IMG/VR virus record: IMGVR_UViG_3300028591_000080
Location: 1 to 64,000 of that record
Reading direction: 5' to 3' (one strand)
Origin: a virus
Lineage: Duplodnaviria > Heunggongvirae > Uroviricota > Caudoviricetes
DNA length: 64,000 nt
The notes below the pieces were generated by a model. It worked only from the letters and a program-made list of their open reading frames with translations. It was not told the origin of the DNA and searched no databases. Both the position numbers and the translations under genes were made by a program. Position 1 is the first letter of the stretch, and the number at the start of each line of letters is the position of its first letter. This document shows, piece after piece, positions 22,554-34,380 of this stretch.

Positions 22554-23256
22554 ATTCTGGGCATTGTACTATTGTTGTAGTCATACCACCAACAACTTCA
22601 TTTAATTTATCAATTCCAATTTCGATAAAACGTAGATCTTTTGCATTTAAGTTTTTAATATATTCACTTAATCTATGTTGATCTAATACTTCTCCATTAA
22701 CATTATTAATAGTTAATAAGAATAACGCAAGAGATTGGAAATCAATTTTAGCTGATTTAAATTTACGTTTTAATTCTTCAGCTTTATCATCAATTGCATC
22801 TAATAAGTGTGGTGTTTGGAAATTTAATCCGATCTTGTCTCCACAAACTGGAAGTGTAATATTACTTCTTTCTTCAAATTCATCTAGATCAATTGGTTCA
22901 CCTTCAAAATCATCTAGATTTGTTTCTACTTCAACAAATCTTCCACAATGAGGACATTTAATTTCCATTAAATATGTAGAACCATAAGTAATAGTTCTTA
23001 ATTTATGTAATAGATATTGATAATCACCTAAACACATATCATAAACATGAATTGCTGGTTTTTCAATCATATTATTTTCAATAAGATCTGCTAAGACTTT
23101 TAATGGAGCAACTGAATTTCCTTTTCTTTTTAATTCATCAAATCCATTCATAGCTTTTAATTCAACTAAAGCTTTAACGTCTTTACTATAAATCTTACCA
23201 CGTGAAGGTAAATTATATCCTTCATTGATTGTATACTCTTCTAATCTTTCTGCCAT
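22489..23256 (-). CDS. Baseplate hub assembly chaperone (T4 gp26-like)
   Basis: LPSRG, DYQYLLHKLRTITYG, CPHCG, CPECG, ends EFFRP. Confidence 0.8.
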   Translation of the reverse strand: MAERLEEYTINEGYNLPSRGKIYSKDVKALVELKAMNGFDELKRKGNSVAPLKVLADLIENNMIEKPAIHVYDMCLGDYQYLLHKLRTITYGSTYLMEIKCPHCGRFVEVETNLDDFEGEPIDLDEFEERSNITLPVCGDKIGLNFQTPHLLDAIDDKAEELKRKFKSAKIDFQSLALFLLTINNVNGEVLDQHRLSEYIKNLNAKDLRFIEIGIDKLNEVVGGMTTTIVQCPECGEKSEATFRFGPEFFRPTIF

Positions 23257-23258
23257 AA

Positions 23259-23420
23259 TTAATCCCTTTCTTCATAATGTCTTTCTAAGATTTCGCGTAT
23301 TAAAGCTGAAACGGTGATATTTCGTCTACTAGCTTCGGCTTCAAGTCTTTGCTTCAATGGTTTTGTAGATTCAAATGACTGGATAACTTTTTGACTTCTA
23401 TCTAGTTTATTTCTACCCAT
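23259..23420 (-). CDS. 53-aa ribbon-helix-helix (CopG/Arc-like) protein
   Basis: MGRNK...LKQRLEAEASRRNITVSALIREILERH; GGAG RBS; late box at 23450. Confidence 0.7.
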   Translation of the reverse strand: MGRNKLDRSQKVIQSFESTKPLKQRLEAEASRRNITVSALIREILERHYEERD

Positions 23421-23449
23421 ATTTAGCTCCTTTACAATTTTATTACATT

Positions 23450-23459
23450 TAATTTAGCT
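23450..23459 (-). promoter_or_regulatory. Putative late promoter box AGCTAAATTA
   Basis: Upstream of the RHH gene. Confidence 0.6.
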
Positions 23460-23498
23460 AATTATTTTTATTAAATTTTTATTAAAAATATATTAAAT

Positions 23499-23528
23499 AA
23501 AAAAAAAAGAGGAAATTAATTCCTCTTT
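23499..23528 (-). terminator. Intrinsic terminator after tail tube
   Basis: AAAGAGGAA/TTCCTCTTT hairpin followed by a long U tract. Confidence 0.75.
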
Positions 23529-23536
23529 AATGTTTT

Positions 23537-24175
23537 CTAGCCATTAGAGCTATTTTTTTCCATATCTTCTGGTAATGCCCAATCGTATTGGATTGTTGCT
23601 GTGATTGTTCTCTTACCATCGTTTTCTTTATCAAATCCTTCGGTAGATAATTTACTAATCCATACACCATATAATGTCCAAACACGAACAATTTCATAAT
23701 CTTGAGTATAATGAATTAATGTAGCAGTTTTCTTATAATCAGTCATACGTCCACCTTTTTGAGTGAATGGATTATAAGCTTTATATTGCCAAGACTGTAA
23801 GATTTCATATGTATGCATACCAATTACATCATCTACTGTTAAATCTCCACCTTGCCATTCAGGTTTACCAGCGAATTTTACAACTTCATTACCACGAGTG
23901 TAATTTAATGGAGTGATATCAAAATCTGGTTCGAAGAATTTAGTAACATGTAATTCTAGACTATCTTCAGCTTTCATCCAAGCATTTTCATTAGTAGGTG
24001 TAGGAGCTGTTTTACCTGTATAAGTATAAGTTGATTTAAGAATTCCATCTAAACCATTAACTCTTAAGGTAAAGAAACCAGTTCTGGCAGCTTCATTATT
24101 TCTATATTGGTCATCAGCAATGTGGTGAGCAGCTAATGCCTTATTGTAATTACTTTTATAATTTGTATCAGCCAT
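23537..24175 (-). CDS. Tail tube protein (T4 gp19-like)
   Basis: VKFAGKPEW, WQ, DYKK, WTLYGVWIS, TIQYDWA. Confidence 0.85.
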   Translation of the reverse strand: MADTNYKSNYNKALAAHHIADDQYRNNEAARTGFFTLRVNGLDGILKSTYTYTGKTAPTPTNENAWMKAEDSLELHVTKFFEPDFDITPLNYTRGNEVVKFAGKPEWQGGDLTVDDVIGMHTYEILQSWQYKAYNPFTQKGGRMTDYKKTATLIHYTQDYEIVRVWTLYGVWISKLSTEGFDKENDGKRTITATIQYDWALPEDMEKNSSNG

Positions 24176-24194
24176 ATTTTTCTACTCCTTTATC

Positions 24195-25775
24195 TTATTC
24201 CAATATAGTATTTGTTTCTTCTAGAGAATTTTCTAGAGAAATAGTAATTTCAAAATCTTCAACTGCTTCAATTGGAACGATTCTAATTGTTGCTGCCATA
24301 GTTCCTTTTTGAGCAACTGTAGTTCTTACGATATCATAATCTAAGATACCATCATTACTTACCATAGTCTCAAGTAATGGAGTGATAGCACTCTTGAAAC
24401 TAAACCATAATGTATCACTATTTGGATTAAATGTTTTAGAAGTTAATATATTATATAATTCCTTCTTAATAGTAATAATTAATTGTCTAATATTTAAATA
24501 ATGCTTAGCTTTTAAATCATCAGTTTTTAAAGCAAATGCTGTTCTATTACCCCAAATATAATAATTACCTCTAATTTGAGCTACAAGGTTACAAGCTTTT
24601 TTAACTGGAACTCCATCAATTTTAGTTGTATTTGTTCTTGGAGATAATTTATTAACTAATACTTCACCAACTTTTAGTAAAGGATTCTTAATAACATATT
24701 TACAAACACCACGTTTATAACCAGCTACAGCATACCATTCTTTATAATTATTGTCTAGTGCATATTTAGCACAAGCTAAGTAATATAAAGACATTGGTAA
24801 TGTACTATTGTTATATATTTTATCTTCTGCTAAGTATAAGTCAAGACCAGGACCTACAATAGCACTATATTCATCAGCCTCAGTTCGATTAATTCAGTCT
24901 GTAATTGAAGAAGCAATTTGAGTTTGAGTTGTTCATCCACTATTTAAATATGCATCTTCATCAATATCAACTAGAGCTAAGATATCATTACGTTTAGTAG
25001 CTAGTTTAGATATATTATTATTTGCCTTTAATGTAGTATTTTCGGTTAATCCAATACCAGATCTTAAACCAGTTAATACATATCTGAAATCATATACTGA
25101 TTTATCTTCTAATCCTTCATAGAAATTTTCATCTTCTAGTTCTGTAACATCTGTTAAACGTTTATATAAAACAGTATATCCAAGTCCTAATAATTCGTAT
25201 GCAATTTGATTTCCATAATGATTAATTATGTTACCTTCAACTTCTTGTTCTGCATCTTTACCTTTATCAGTTACGATAACATACTTAGTCTCTGCCACTC
25301 TTTCATTCCAAGGAACAATAGTATATTCATATTCTTCGTCTTGTAATTCACCAACTTCATCAATTCCTTCAGTCTTCTTAGTTGGTATAGCTAACCAAGC
25401 TGTTGGAACTTCAGCTTTAACATTTACTAAGTCATCAGCCTTATATTCATCTAATACTTTTCCTACTAATAATACTTTTGCTTCAGTGTCTGGATCTATT
25501 TGCCAAATAGCATTATCAGTATCTTTTCCTAAAATTTCAGCAGCAACAGCTGGTACAGCTGGCTTATGTCCTGCTCTACCTACATTACTATCCCTTTTAC
25601 CGATTTTTTCTACAAAATCAGTTTGTTTTGTAAATTCTGCTACACCATTGATATCAAATAAATCGTCAGTATCTTTACTTGGATCTACGAATCCAGGAAC
25701 TAATACTGCAAAATTCGCATATTGAGTTCTACCAGATGAAGTGTAGTCTTTTTCATATATATTACGATATGGCAT
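24195..25775 (-). CDS. Tail sheath protein (T4 gp18-like, 526 aa, 2 TGA)
   Basis: WYAVAGYKRG, IWGNRT, LNIRQL, FNPN, IVPIEAVEDF; TGA at 24933, 24894. Confidence 0.9.
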
Positions 25776-25817
25776 TTCTATCTCCTTAATAATATATTAA
25801 ACAATAATTAAATCAAT

Positions 25818-25827
25818 TAATTTAGCA
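25818..25827 (-). promoter_or_regulatory. Putative late promoter box TGCTAAATTA
   Basis: Upstream of the sheath gene. Confidence 0.65.
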
Positions 25828-25857
25828 AATGATTAACTCTATTATTTAAATTCTTGA

Positions 25858-26583
25858 TTATTCTTCCATTATTGAAATTAATTTTTTCTTTATTTCTCTT
25901 ATATCTTCTGTTGATGTTTCACCTTCTTCAACAGTAACTTCGTCTGTTATCTCTGCAAATAATTTTACAGAAGCTCCATCAATAGTCCAATTAGAACGAA
26001 TTGGAACATTAAATAAGCAAGCGTCTTGAATTTCTAATTTAATCGCTCAACAAGTAAATTGTCCTGGAAATAATCTTTGGCTCATTTCACTTATATCTGA
26101 AATAGTCGGAGCAACTCTTATATTTGCAATATATTCAACATTAGTTCCTTGATACGGAATAACAATACTAATAACTGGATTATTAATTAGTTTAAATAAT
26201 AGTGCTCTAACATATTCACATCCAGTATTATAAGAAGCCGTAAAAATATTTAATTGATATTCTAATTTAATTGGAATCACATTACTTTTTAATGTAGTAG
26301 CACTATCTTGATATAGAGTATTACCATTAAATGATTTAAAGTTCTTAATATTTTGTAATAATTCAAAATCTTTTTCTCTATTAATCATTATTAATGGAAA
26401 TTTTAAATCTGCATCTTTATTTTCGTCAGCCATGACTTTAATAAATAAATCTGTTTGATCTGGTTTAAATATTCTTGGTGCAGATGTAACTTCCAATTGA
26501 GGAAAATATTTATTTATTTTATTTCAAATAGCATAATCATATAGTGCAATTCCAGAAATTGTTTCTTCTTTTTTTGTAGCCAC
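25858..26583 (-). CDS. Tail terminator-like protein (gp15-like, 2 TGA)
   Basis: GTG start with AAGGAG; FPLIMINR, PIKLEYQLNIF; TGA at 26524, 26047. Confidence 0.6.
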
Positions 26584-26585
26584 TA

Positions 26586-26921
26586 TTATTCTCCTTTTCA
26601 ATCAAAAGCTTTTGTTAAAATACTACTACCTTTTAATAATCCATTTCCAAATGTAATTAATCTAGCTAACTGATCTAGTTTTGGATCTGAAATAAAGACA
26701 GTATATTCTAATGGAGTCATACGCTCAATTTTACTTTTATATATAATTAATAAACAGATATCACGTAATTTTAATTCATATTTTTCTTTAAGTAATTTAT
26801 TCAATTGTCTTTCTGTATCTTTAAAATCACAACTTAAAACATGTTGAATAGCATAATAACGTATTTTATGCTTAATTGTCTGTTCATTACATGGTTTATT
26901 TAAGACTATTGAAAAATGCAT
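26586..26921 (-). CDS. Hypothetical neck-region protein (1 TGA near the C-terminus)
   Basis: Track ORF ends at TGA 26598; read-through adds WKGE before TAA. Confidence 0.6.
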
Positions 26922-27864
26922 TGACTAATTCCTCTATCTTCTTTTTTATGTCATCAGACATTTGTTTTTTATTTTGATTGTAAAGATATACAGCTAAGTC
27001 ATTTATTAATTTTTGATCTCTTAATTTAAAGTGACTTGATACTTTGATTCAAGCTTTATCTATATCTGCATTTTTTGAATATTCTTGTTTAGTACCAATA
27101 GTATGTAATAAATCAGATTTTGCGACATAAGCACCTTCATCAGCTCCAAAACTTAAGCTATCTAAAATTAAATTGATTAAAATATTTACATCTCGACCAC
27201 TTCATAAATTCAAAAGCATTTCAAGTCCAACATTTTTCTTTTCTTTTGCGATCTTTCCAAATCCAGCTCAAGCATTTCTTAAAGTCATATAATCTGTAAT
27301 TAAATGTGCTTCATCAGGTATTTTATCTTTAAAAAAGATACTTGTAAACTGAGCTTCGGTTTCTTTGTCTAATTGATTACTTTGGCTTTGTGACTTTAAT
27401 AGATCTAGAATATTTAAATATAAGTCAAAAGTTTTTTCATTTACTGTAAAAGCTTTTTTGAAGAAAATTAGATGTTTTGGCCCAAAAAATCCAGTACCAC
27501 GAATATCATCTTCTCTAATTTCTCCATTTGCTGCTCCATTATGTAGATATTGGTATCTTGTATTACCATCTGCAAATCATTTTAAACGAGCACAATTATT
27601 AGTATGTAAGAAATATACGAATGGATTTTCTTCTTCAGTATATCCAAACTTAGTTAACTCAGTTGAAAAAGCCTCTCCTAAACGATTAATAATTTCTCTA
27701 TTTTCATTTCCTCAATACTCATCTAAGTATTCATCATATAATTCATCAAATTCATCACTATCATTAGTAGCAACAGCTTTTAATTCTTGAGTTCAATTTC
27801 TAGCTTGAACATCTTCTCTTAAAAAATATTTTTTATTAGACTCGTTAAGAATATATTTTTTCAC
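26896..27864 (-). CDS. 322-aa hypothetical protein, absent from the standard-code track (6 TGA)
   Basis: GTG overlapping the upstream TAG, AAGGAG RBS; TGA at 27793, 27712, 27577, 27268, 27202, 27049; N-terminal ILNES/FLRED. Confidence 0.8.
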
Positions 27865-28439
27865 TAATCGTCTCCTTCTAAATCTAATAATAAATTATCT
27901 GTAGATGATTCATAATCACTAACTAAAACTGGTTCATCTGTAGATTCATATTCTGGAGCAATTTCACATGCAATACTTGCTGGATAAATCATTTTAGTGT
28001 ACATTGAAATAACTCTAAATAATCTTGGTTCTCCATCATCTAAACCAGTAGGAATTCAGAATAATGCTCCAACTTGAAGGTCATGTAAATCATATGGAAC
28101 ATGGATAATAGACGAATTTTCTTGTAATTCAGCTACCCATCCAACTTTTTTCATAGTCTTTTGATCTGGGTATTGATCAAAAATACATCATACAGGCTCT
28201 TTTGGTTGATAATTACTTTTTAATTCAGCATTAAGATCAAATTCTTTATCTGAAAGTGGAGCTTGATACATAGCACGAACTCCACGCATTCTACACATTT
28301 CATTAAACCATTTTCTATGAAATTTAATTTGTGGAGTAATTAATCTACCATAATCATTTCTTTTTTCTTCTTCACTACGTTTTTGATGTAAAAAATCATC
28401 ATTTTTTTGTTTAATATCATTCATTTTAGTATTGTCCAT
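27864..28439 (-). CDS. Neck protein (T4 gp14-like, 2 TGA)
   Basis: Synteny; TGA at 28188, 28056; ends TAG coupled to the next gene. Confidence 0.6.
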
Positions 28440-28504
28440 ATTAAACACCTTTCTTAAAAATAATGGACTGGATGACCAAGATTAGCCAGCCAATCCATTA
28501 CTAA

Positions 28505-31500
28505 TTAGTTATTATTAACTTTACCGTGAACTTTGTCACCTTCAACTGTATAATTATATTCGAAAGATTCAGTTATGAATTTCTTATCTTTAATATTTCC
28601 AGTTAATACTAAATTACAATCTTCAGATAAAGTCTTATTATAACCATTTAAGATTAATTTGTCATTATCTTTGTAAATATCATTGAAAATATACTTTGTA
28701 TCTAAAGTATTTCCAGATTTATTAAACTTAATTTTACCTTCAACAATTAATCTGTTATTAACTAAGTTAATATCGTTTATTTTGAAGTTTTCTACATTTT
28801 CATATATATTAATCAATGATTTAGATAAACATTCCTCTAGACCATCCTCATCAATTTCATCAAGCATTTCTTGATCAAACTCTTCTTTATTAGAATTTTC
28901 TTGAGGTTGTTCTTCTTGATTTAATACATTATCGATTTCTGTATCTAATTTATCTAACATACTATCTAATTCAGCATCTTCAGTAATTTTCTTATCTTTA
29001 GATTCATCTTCGCATTTTTCATTAAAAATATCACTAGTAATTAATTCTTTAAATTCATCATCAGTTACATCATCAACAATTTTTTTATCGTCTTTAGCTT
29101 CATCTAAACTTTCAAAAACTTGATGTATATCAAATAAATCAATAAGAGTTCCAATAACGTCACCGTGATGACCATCATCTAATTCATCTCTAGATCCATT
29201 ATTTAAGATATCGACAACATTCTTTCTTACTGCATTATATAATTCAGTAACCTTATTATCATCTTTTAAGATTTCTGGAGCAATAATCCATTCATCATCC
29301 ATTGGATATCCTAAAGATTGATAAGTAGATTCGAAGATTTCACCACATCTTGCTGATAAATCATAGAAATCACTTAATTTATTACCATAAGTAGTTGAGT
29401 CAAATAATCTATTATAATCTTCATCAGACATTGCCTCTGTTAAAATTGTTCCATTTGAATTATTATTGAATGCTTCTGTACGATGGTTCTTATACTCATC
29501 ATAGTCATCTCATTGTTCTTTATTATATTCACCGCTTAATAAACCAGCATCATCTAAAGTTTTTAAAGTATTACCCATAGTTTTCCAACCATCATACTTA
29601 TCACCATACTTAGCTCTTAATCCTTTAATTAATTCTTGTGGATTAATCTTAGGTGCTTCTTGAGCTTTAGTTGAATCTGCATTAGTATCAGTATTTTCGG
29701 TATTTTCAGCTTGAGCATTATTAGCAGGCTCAGCTTGAGTTGCAGCTGGTTGAGGTTCAGCTTGTTGAGCTTCAGGAGCAGAAGCATGAGCTTGAGTATT
29801 TACTTGATCATCTTGACCAACAATACCTTGTGTACTAGTATTCTGATTTTGTTGATTATTATTTACATTATTAGTATTAGTGTTATTATTACTATTATTA
29901 TTTACTTCAGTATTAGAATCTTCTGTTTCAGCATTTTGAGCAGAAGTATCTTCAAAGCTTCCATTACCAGCTTTAATACTACCATATAATGCTTTTAATG
30001 CATTTTTACCTTTATCGGTTTGTTTACCACCAACAAACTCTGAAATAATATCACTATTTATAATCTTCATTAAATCTTGATAAGCTAACTTAAATGTTTG
30101 GCTCTTTCGATTTTTATTACCTTCATCTTGAGCTTTTGTTATAGCAGCTACAAATTTATTTACATCTGTTTGAGGACTTAAAATTGTAAATGTAGCATCA
30201 GGTTGAGCTTTAGATTGTTGTCTAATAATATTTAAGATATCTTTAAATGTAGTTGTTATTTTATATTGTTTATTTTGTCCTTCTTGAGTACCAGACATAA
30301 ACTTATCGCAATAAACTATATATTTACCACCAGTTGCAAGTTGATCTTTGTAGAAATTATCTAATGTAGATGTAAACTTTGGATCCATTATAGAATTATA
30401 AATTTTAGCTGTAGCCTTTTTTATAAGATTAAGTGGACCTTCATTTAAAGTTTCTTCTGTTAATTTATTTTTAACAGATTCAGTTAAAGACTCATCTTTA
30501 TCTTTTTTACCTTTATCTTCGTCGTCTTTATCTTCTTTATCATCATCAGAATTATCTTCAGAATCTAACTCTTTTTCTAATTCTTTTTCATTAGACTTAT
30601 CAAGTTTTTTATCATCCATTTCTTCTGGTTCTACATTTTGAATAGCTGTTTCATCAGCTTCATTATCAAAATCAAATTCAGTATTAGCAAATGGATTAAA
30701 AGCTGGACGATTGAATTCTACTGGTTCAAAGTCTTGATTAAATGGATCTTCACAGTTTACACAATTATCATCTGCATGATATTCTGCAACTCCTGCATCA
30801 CCATTATCGAAAACCATTGTATTAGCATTTGGAGTAACAGTATCATCTACTTCATCAACGCTAATTGTAATAGCAACAGCTTCATTTAAATCTTTTGATT
30901 TAATAACTTTAGCTTCACAATAGTCATTATCGATTGTATATTCGACATCTAAATTATATTTATCTTTAGCAATTTTCTTTACTTCTTCAGCTTTCTCTTT
31001 ACCTTGACGGCACCAGAACTCTGCATGACCTCTCTTCTTTAATTGAATAACAGCATCATCGATGTCTCTACCATAGTAATCATCGTCATCTCTCTTATCT
31101 TCAGTTAGAGAATTTTCTTCTGTATAGCCAGTAATTTGATCTATTGCTTTTTCAATTATATCATAAGCTCTATCTAAATGATTATCAACACAAATTTGAG
31201 ATAAATCACATAATCTTGTATATCCAAGGTTATATTTCTCTACATCATTAATTTTTCCATCATTAACCATTTGACAGAAGTCTAAATCATCTACATCAAT
31301 TGTAACACTTTCAGTTAAAGATTCTTTAACTTGTTCTTCATCTTCTTCTGGAGCACTAATAGGTTGTTCCTCAGTTTGATCTGCGTTTTCTTCAGTAGTT
31401 TCTTCATTATTTAATTCACCATTAAGAACATCATCTGCATCTAAATTATCATCAGAAGTATCTTCAGTGTTTTCAGTATTAACTTCTACACTTCCATTCT

Positions 31501-32632
31501 TAACTGCTTCTGGAAGAGCTGCATCTAATGATTGATTTAATTCATCTAAATGAGCTTGTTTTGCAGCTTTAATTTCTTCATTCTTTTCATTCTTAATAGA
31601 ATCTTCTAAAGTCGCAATTTCTTTTCTTAAATACTCAATATAAGTATCATGTTCTGCTAATTTCTTATCTAAGTCTTTATCTACTTCTTCTGTTAAACCT
31701 TCAACATAAGGATGTTGCTTAGCACAGAAACCAAAAGTTTCAATCTTATTTAAAGGCCATTCAACATTTAAAACTCCATCCATAGCTGATTGAACATTTT
31801 CAGCTGGTGCTTCAGGATGAGCTTTATATAAATCAGATAAAATAACATCTAAGCTCTTATGAGTACTAGAATCGTCTAATAAGAAATCAGTAATTGCTTT
31901 ATTTAAACATTCTTCATCTAATTTCTCAACATTTTCTGTTAATACTTGGCCATCTGGATTTGTATTAAAAGATTCTTGAGCTGGCTCTTCATCTAGATTT
32001 AGATCTAAATCCATATCATCTAAATTTAAATCTTCATCTCCACCTTCTTCGCCAGTTTCTTCTGTTGTTTCTTCAGGAGTTTCTTCAACTGGTTGTTCTT
32101 CGGCTGGAGTTTCTTCAGCAGGAACATCAGTACCTTGATTTAAATCTTCCTCAGTTGCTGCATCAACTTTACCAATTAATGTATAACCTGAAGTATTTCC
32201 ACAATGTTGACATTCCTCACCAACATTGCATAAAGTTGGATCTTCTTCATCTTTTTCAATATCTGCTTCATCTTTGTAGAATAAATTCATACATTGAGGA
32301 CATTGAACAATAATTTTACCTACATAAGAAGGTAATAATTCATCTGGAGATTTAGCATCTAAATCAATGATTTTTTCAATTCTTGATAACTTAGCTTGAG
32401 CAACTTCTGCTTCTCTAGCGTCAGCTGCATCGTTTAAATCTTGTGTATCTTCAAGGTCATATAAATCTTCAAATAAAGGTTCAAAGCATTTACCATAACC
32501 TTTACGTTCAACTAAATTTTCTTGGAAGCTTTTTACATTTCCTTCAGGTGCTGCATAATCCATATCACTTAGTGCAGTAAATGCAGATGATAAATCAAAT
32601 TGAGTAAGTATTTTATTTCTATTCTTTGACAT
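28505..32632 (-). CDS. Very large acidic head/core polyprotein (1375 aa, 1 TGA)
   Basis: In-frame fusion across TGA at 29510; many L(T/N)E motifs; Zn-ribbon CPQC..CQHC; low-complexity linkers. Confidence 0.7.
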
Positions 32633-32652
32633 TTATGTTCTCCTATTTTTAT

Positions 32653-33375
32653 CTAATTTAATGGTGGTATAACTGAGTCTTCTTCTTCAAGTTTTTCTCT
32701 TAAAGCTTTTAGTTCTTCTTGACCTTCAGTTAACATTTTTTCAGCATCATCACCCCATAGCTCATTTGAAGTAGTATATCTTGTTCTAATTCTACCAACT
32801 TCAACTTTTGTATGTGCTACAGCTAATTGAATTAATATATCTATCCATCTATCTGTTTGAATATCTTCAACTTTTTCAATTCTTGGAATATATTCAAGTG
32901 TGATTGCTTTTGGATTCAAACTCGTAAATATATAAACTAAATTATTTTGTTTATCTTCTTCGAAATCTAATTCAGTTGTTAAAGTATTTCGAATTTGGTT
33001 CATAGTACTCCAAGCACCATAATTATAAGTGTAATCTTGTACATTGTACATAGTACCACCATTACTCCATATTAAAAATTGATAAGCATATAGTGGGTCG
33101 GTATTAACATTTATATCATCTGTATTAACACTGTTTCCATTTACTTTATAAATTTTTATTATAGAACTTGGTTTAAATTTTTGTTCATTTAGATTAATAC
33201 ATCGTTGGAATGGAATCGTCACTTTAGCAGTTTCATCGAAATATCTTCTTATTTCTCGAATCGATTCATTTACAATCTCATTAAGATCAACATCTTCTAG
33301 ATCATGCTCTAGGTTGTCACCTGCCCAAACTTTACGTTTAATCTCTCTAATAACATCAGCTAAGGTTACATTCAT
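32653..33375 (-). CDS. Neck protein (T4 gp13-like)
   Basis: WIDILIQLAVAHTKVEVGRIRTRY, EGQEELKALREKL; synteny. Confidence 0.75.
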   Translation of the reverse strand: MNVTLADVIREIKRKVWAGDNLEHDLEDVDLNEIVNESIREIRRYFDETAKVTIPFQRCINLNEQKFKPSSIIKIYKVNGNSVNTDDINVNTDPLYAYQFLIWSNGGTMYNVQDYTYNYGAWSTMNQIRNTLTTELDFEEDKQNNLVYIFTSLNPKAITLEYIPRIEKVEDIQTDRWIDILIQLAVAHTKVEVGRIRTRYTTSNELWGDDAEKMLTEGQEELKALREKLEEEDSVIPPLN

Positions 33376-33395
33376 ATTAAACCTCCAAAACTAAT

Positions 33396-33470
33396 TAATT
33401 TAGCATAGTATTAAACTTTTTTAAATTTTTTTAATGTTATTATGTTTAACATTATACGTATAATTTAGCA
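33396..33470 (-). promoter_or_regulatory. Two tandem putative late promoter boxes (33396-33405, 33461-33470)
   Basis: TGCTAAATTA twice upstream of the neck gene. Confidence 0.65.
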
Positions 33471-33506
33471 GATAAAAATAAAAAAGCTAAAAATAAATTT
33501 TAGCTT

Positions 33507-34295
33507 TTAATAATTCTTTCTTTCATTTATCATTGGTTTTATTCCTACATGATCCAATATCTCTTCTGCAAGTTTAATTAGCTCAGAATTCCATTTAATT
33601 GTGTGAACATCATGTAGTCTAGGATCACAAACCCAATCCAATTCTTCATATATAAATACTTTTTCTAATTCATCTAATTTTACTATGATCTTTTTATCTG
33701 TATTTATATAATTAGTCGTTTTTGTTGCATAATTATAATATTGTTTATCATTACCTACTAAATAGTATTTTAAAGTATCTCTATTAAATAAGATTAAAAA
33801 TGTAGCATTATATGGAAAACCTGTTTTTGTATCTTTGAAACCATATAATTTCATAGCTGATTCTAATTCACCTACAAAACTCTTTACTTCTACTTTTATT
33901 TTTATTCCAGAGGATCCAGATGTTTCATAATATAGATCAGAAGCATAATTTCCAGCTCCACCATTAATTATATTATGTGTATTATCTCCATATTTAAATC
34001 GTATTGGATATTTAAATAAATTAAAAGGATTTATTGGTTTATTAATGCAACTCTGTTCTATTAAAGTCGTATTAGCAAATAATCCAATTCTTTGAGGTCC
34101 ATTATATTTACCTACCATATCTGAATATATTGGTGCGGTTCGATTTATCTTTTCGAATGTTAATGCATCAGCTAAAGAAAACTGATCCAAATTTTCTACT
34201 AATCTAAAATAATCTTCGGCAGTTATTTCATCTTTTATTTGTGGTAATAATCGCTCATAGATTGATTTTAATTCTTTATCTGTAAAAATACTCAT
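33507..34295 (-). CDS. Putative PD-(D/E)xK nuclease-like protein
   Basis: SDLYY...KVEVKSF; own TGTATAAT box (34324-34331); hairpins on both sides. Confidence 0.45.
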   Translation of the reverse strand: MSIFTDKELKSIYERLLPQIKDEITAEDYFRLVENLDQFSLADALTFEKINRTAPIYSDMVGKYNGPQRIGLFANTTLIEQSCINKPINPFNLFKYPIRFKYGDNTHNIINGGAGNYASDLYYETSGSSGIKIKVEVKSFVGELESAMKLYGFKDTKTGFPYNATFLILFNRDTLKYYLVGNDKQYYNYATKTTNYINTDKKIIVKLDELEKVFIYEELDWVCDPRLHDVHTIKWNSELIKLAEEILDHVGIKPMINERKNY

Positions 34296-34333
34296 AAAAC
34301 CTCCAAAACTGTTTTATATAATAATTATACAAT

Positions 34334-34360
34334 AAAAAAGAACCTCTTTCGAGGCTCTTT
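34334..34360 (-). terminator. Intrinsic terminator after major capsid gene
   Basis: AAAGAGCCTC-GAAA-GAGGTTCTTTTTT. Confidence 0.85.
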
Positions 34361-34380
34361 ATATTTTTATTTAGTTTAGA

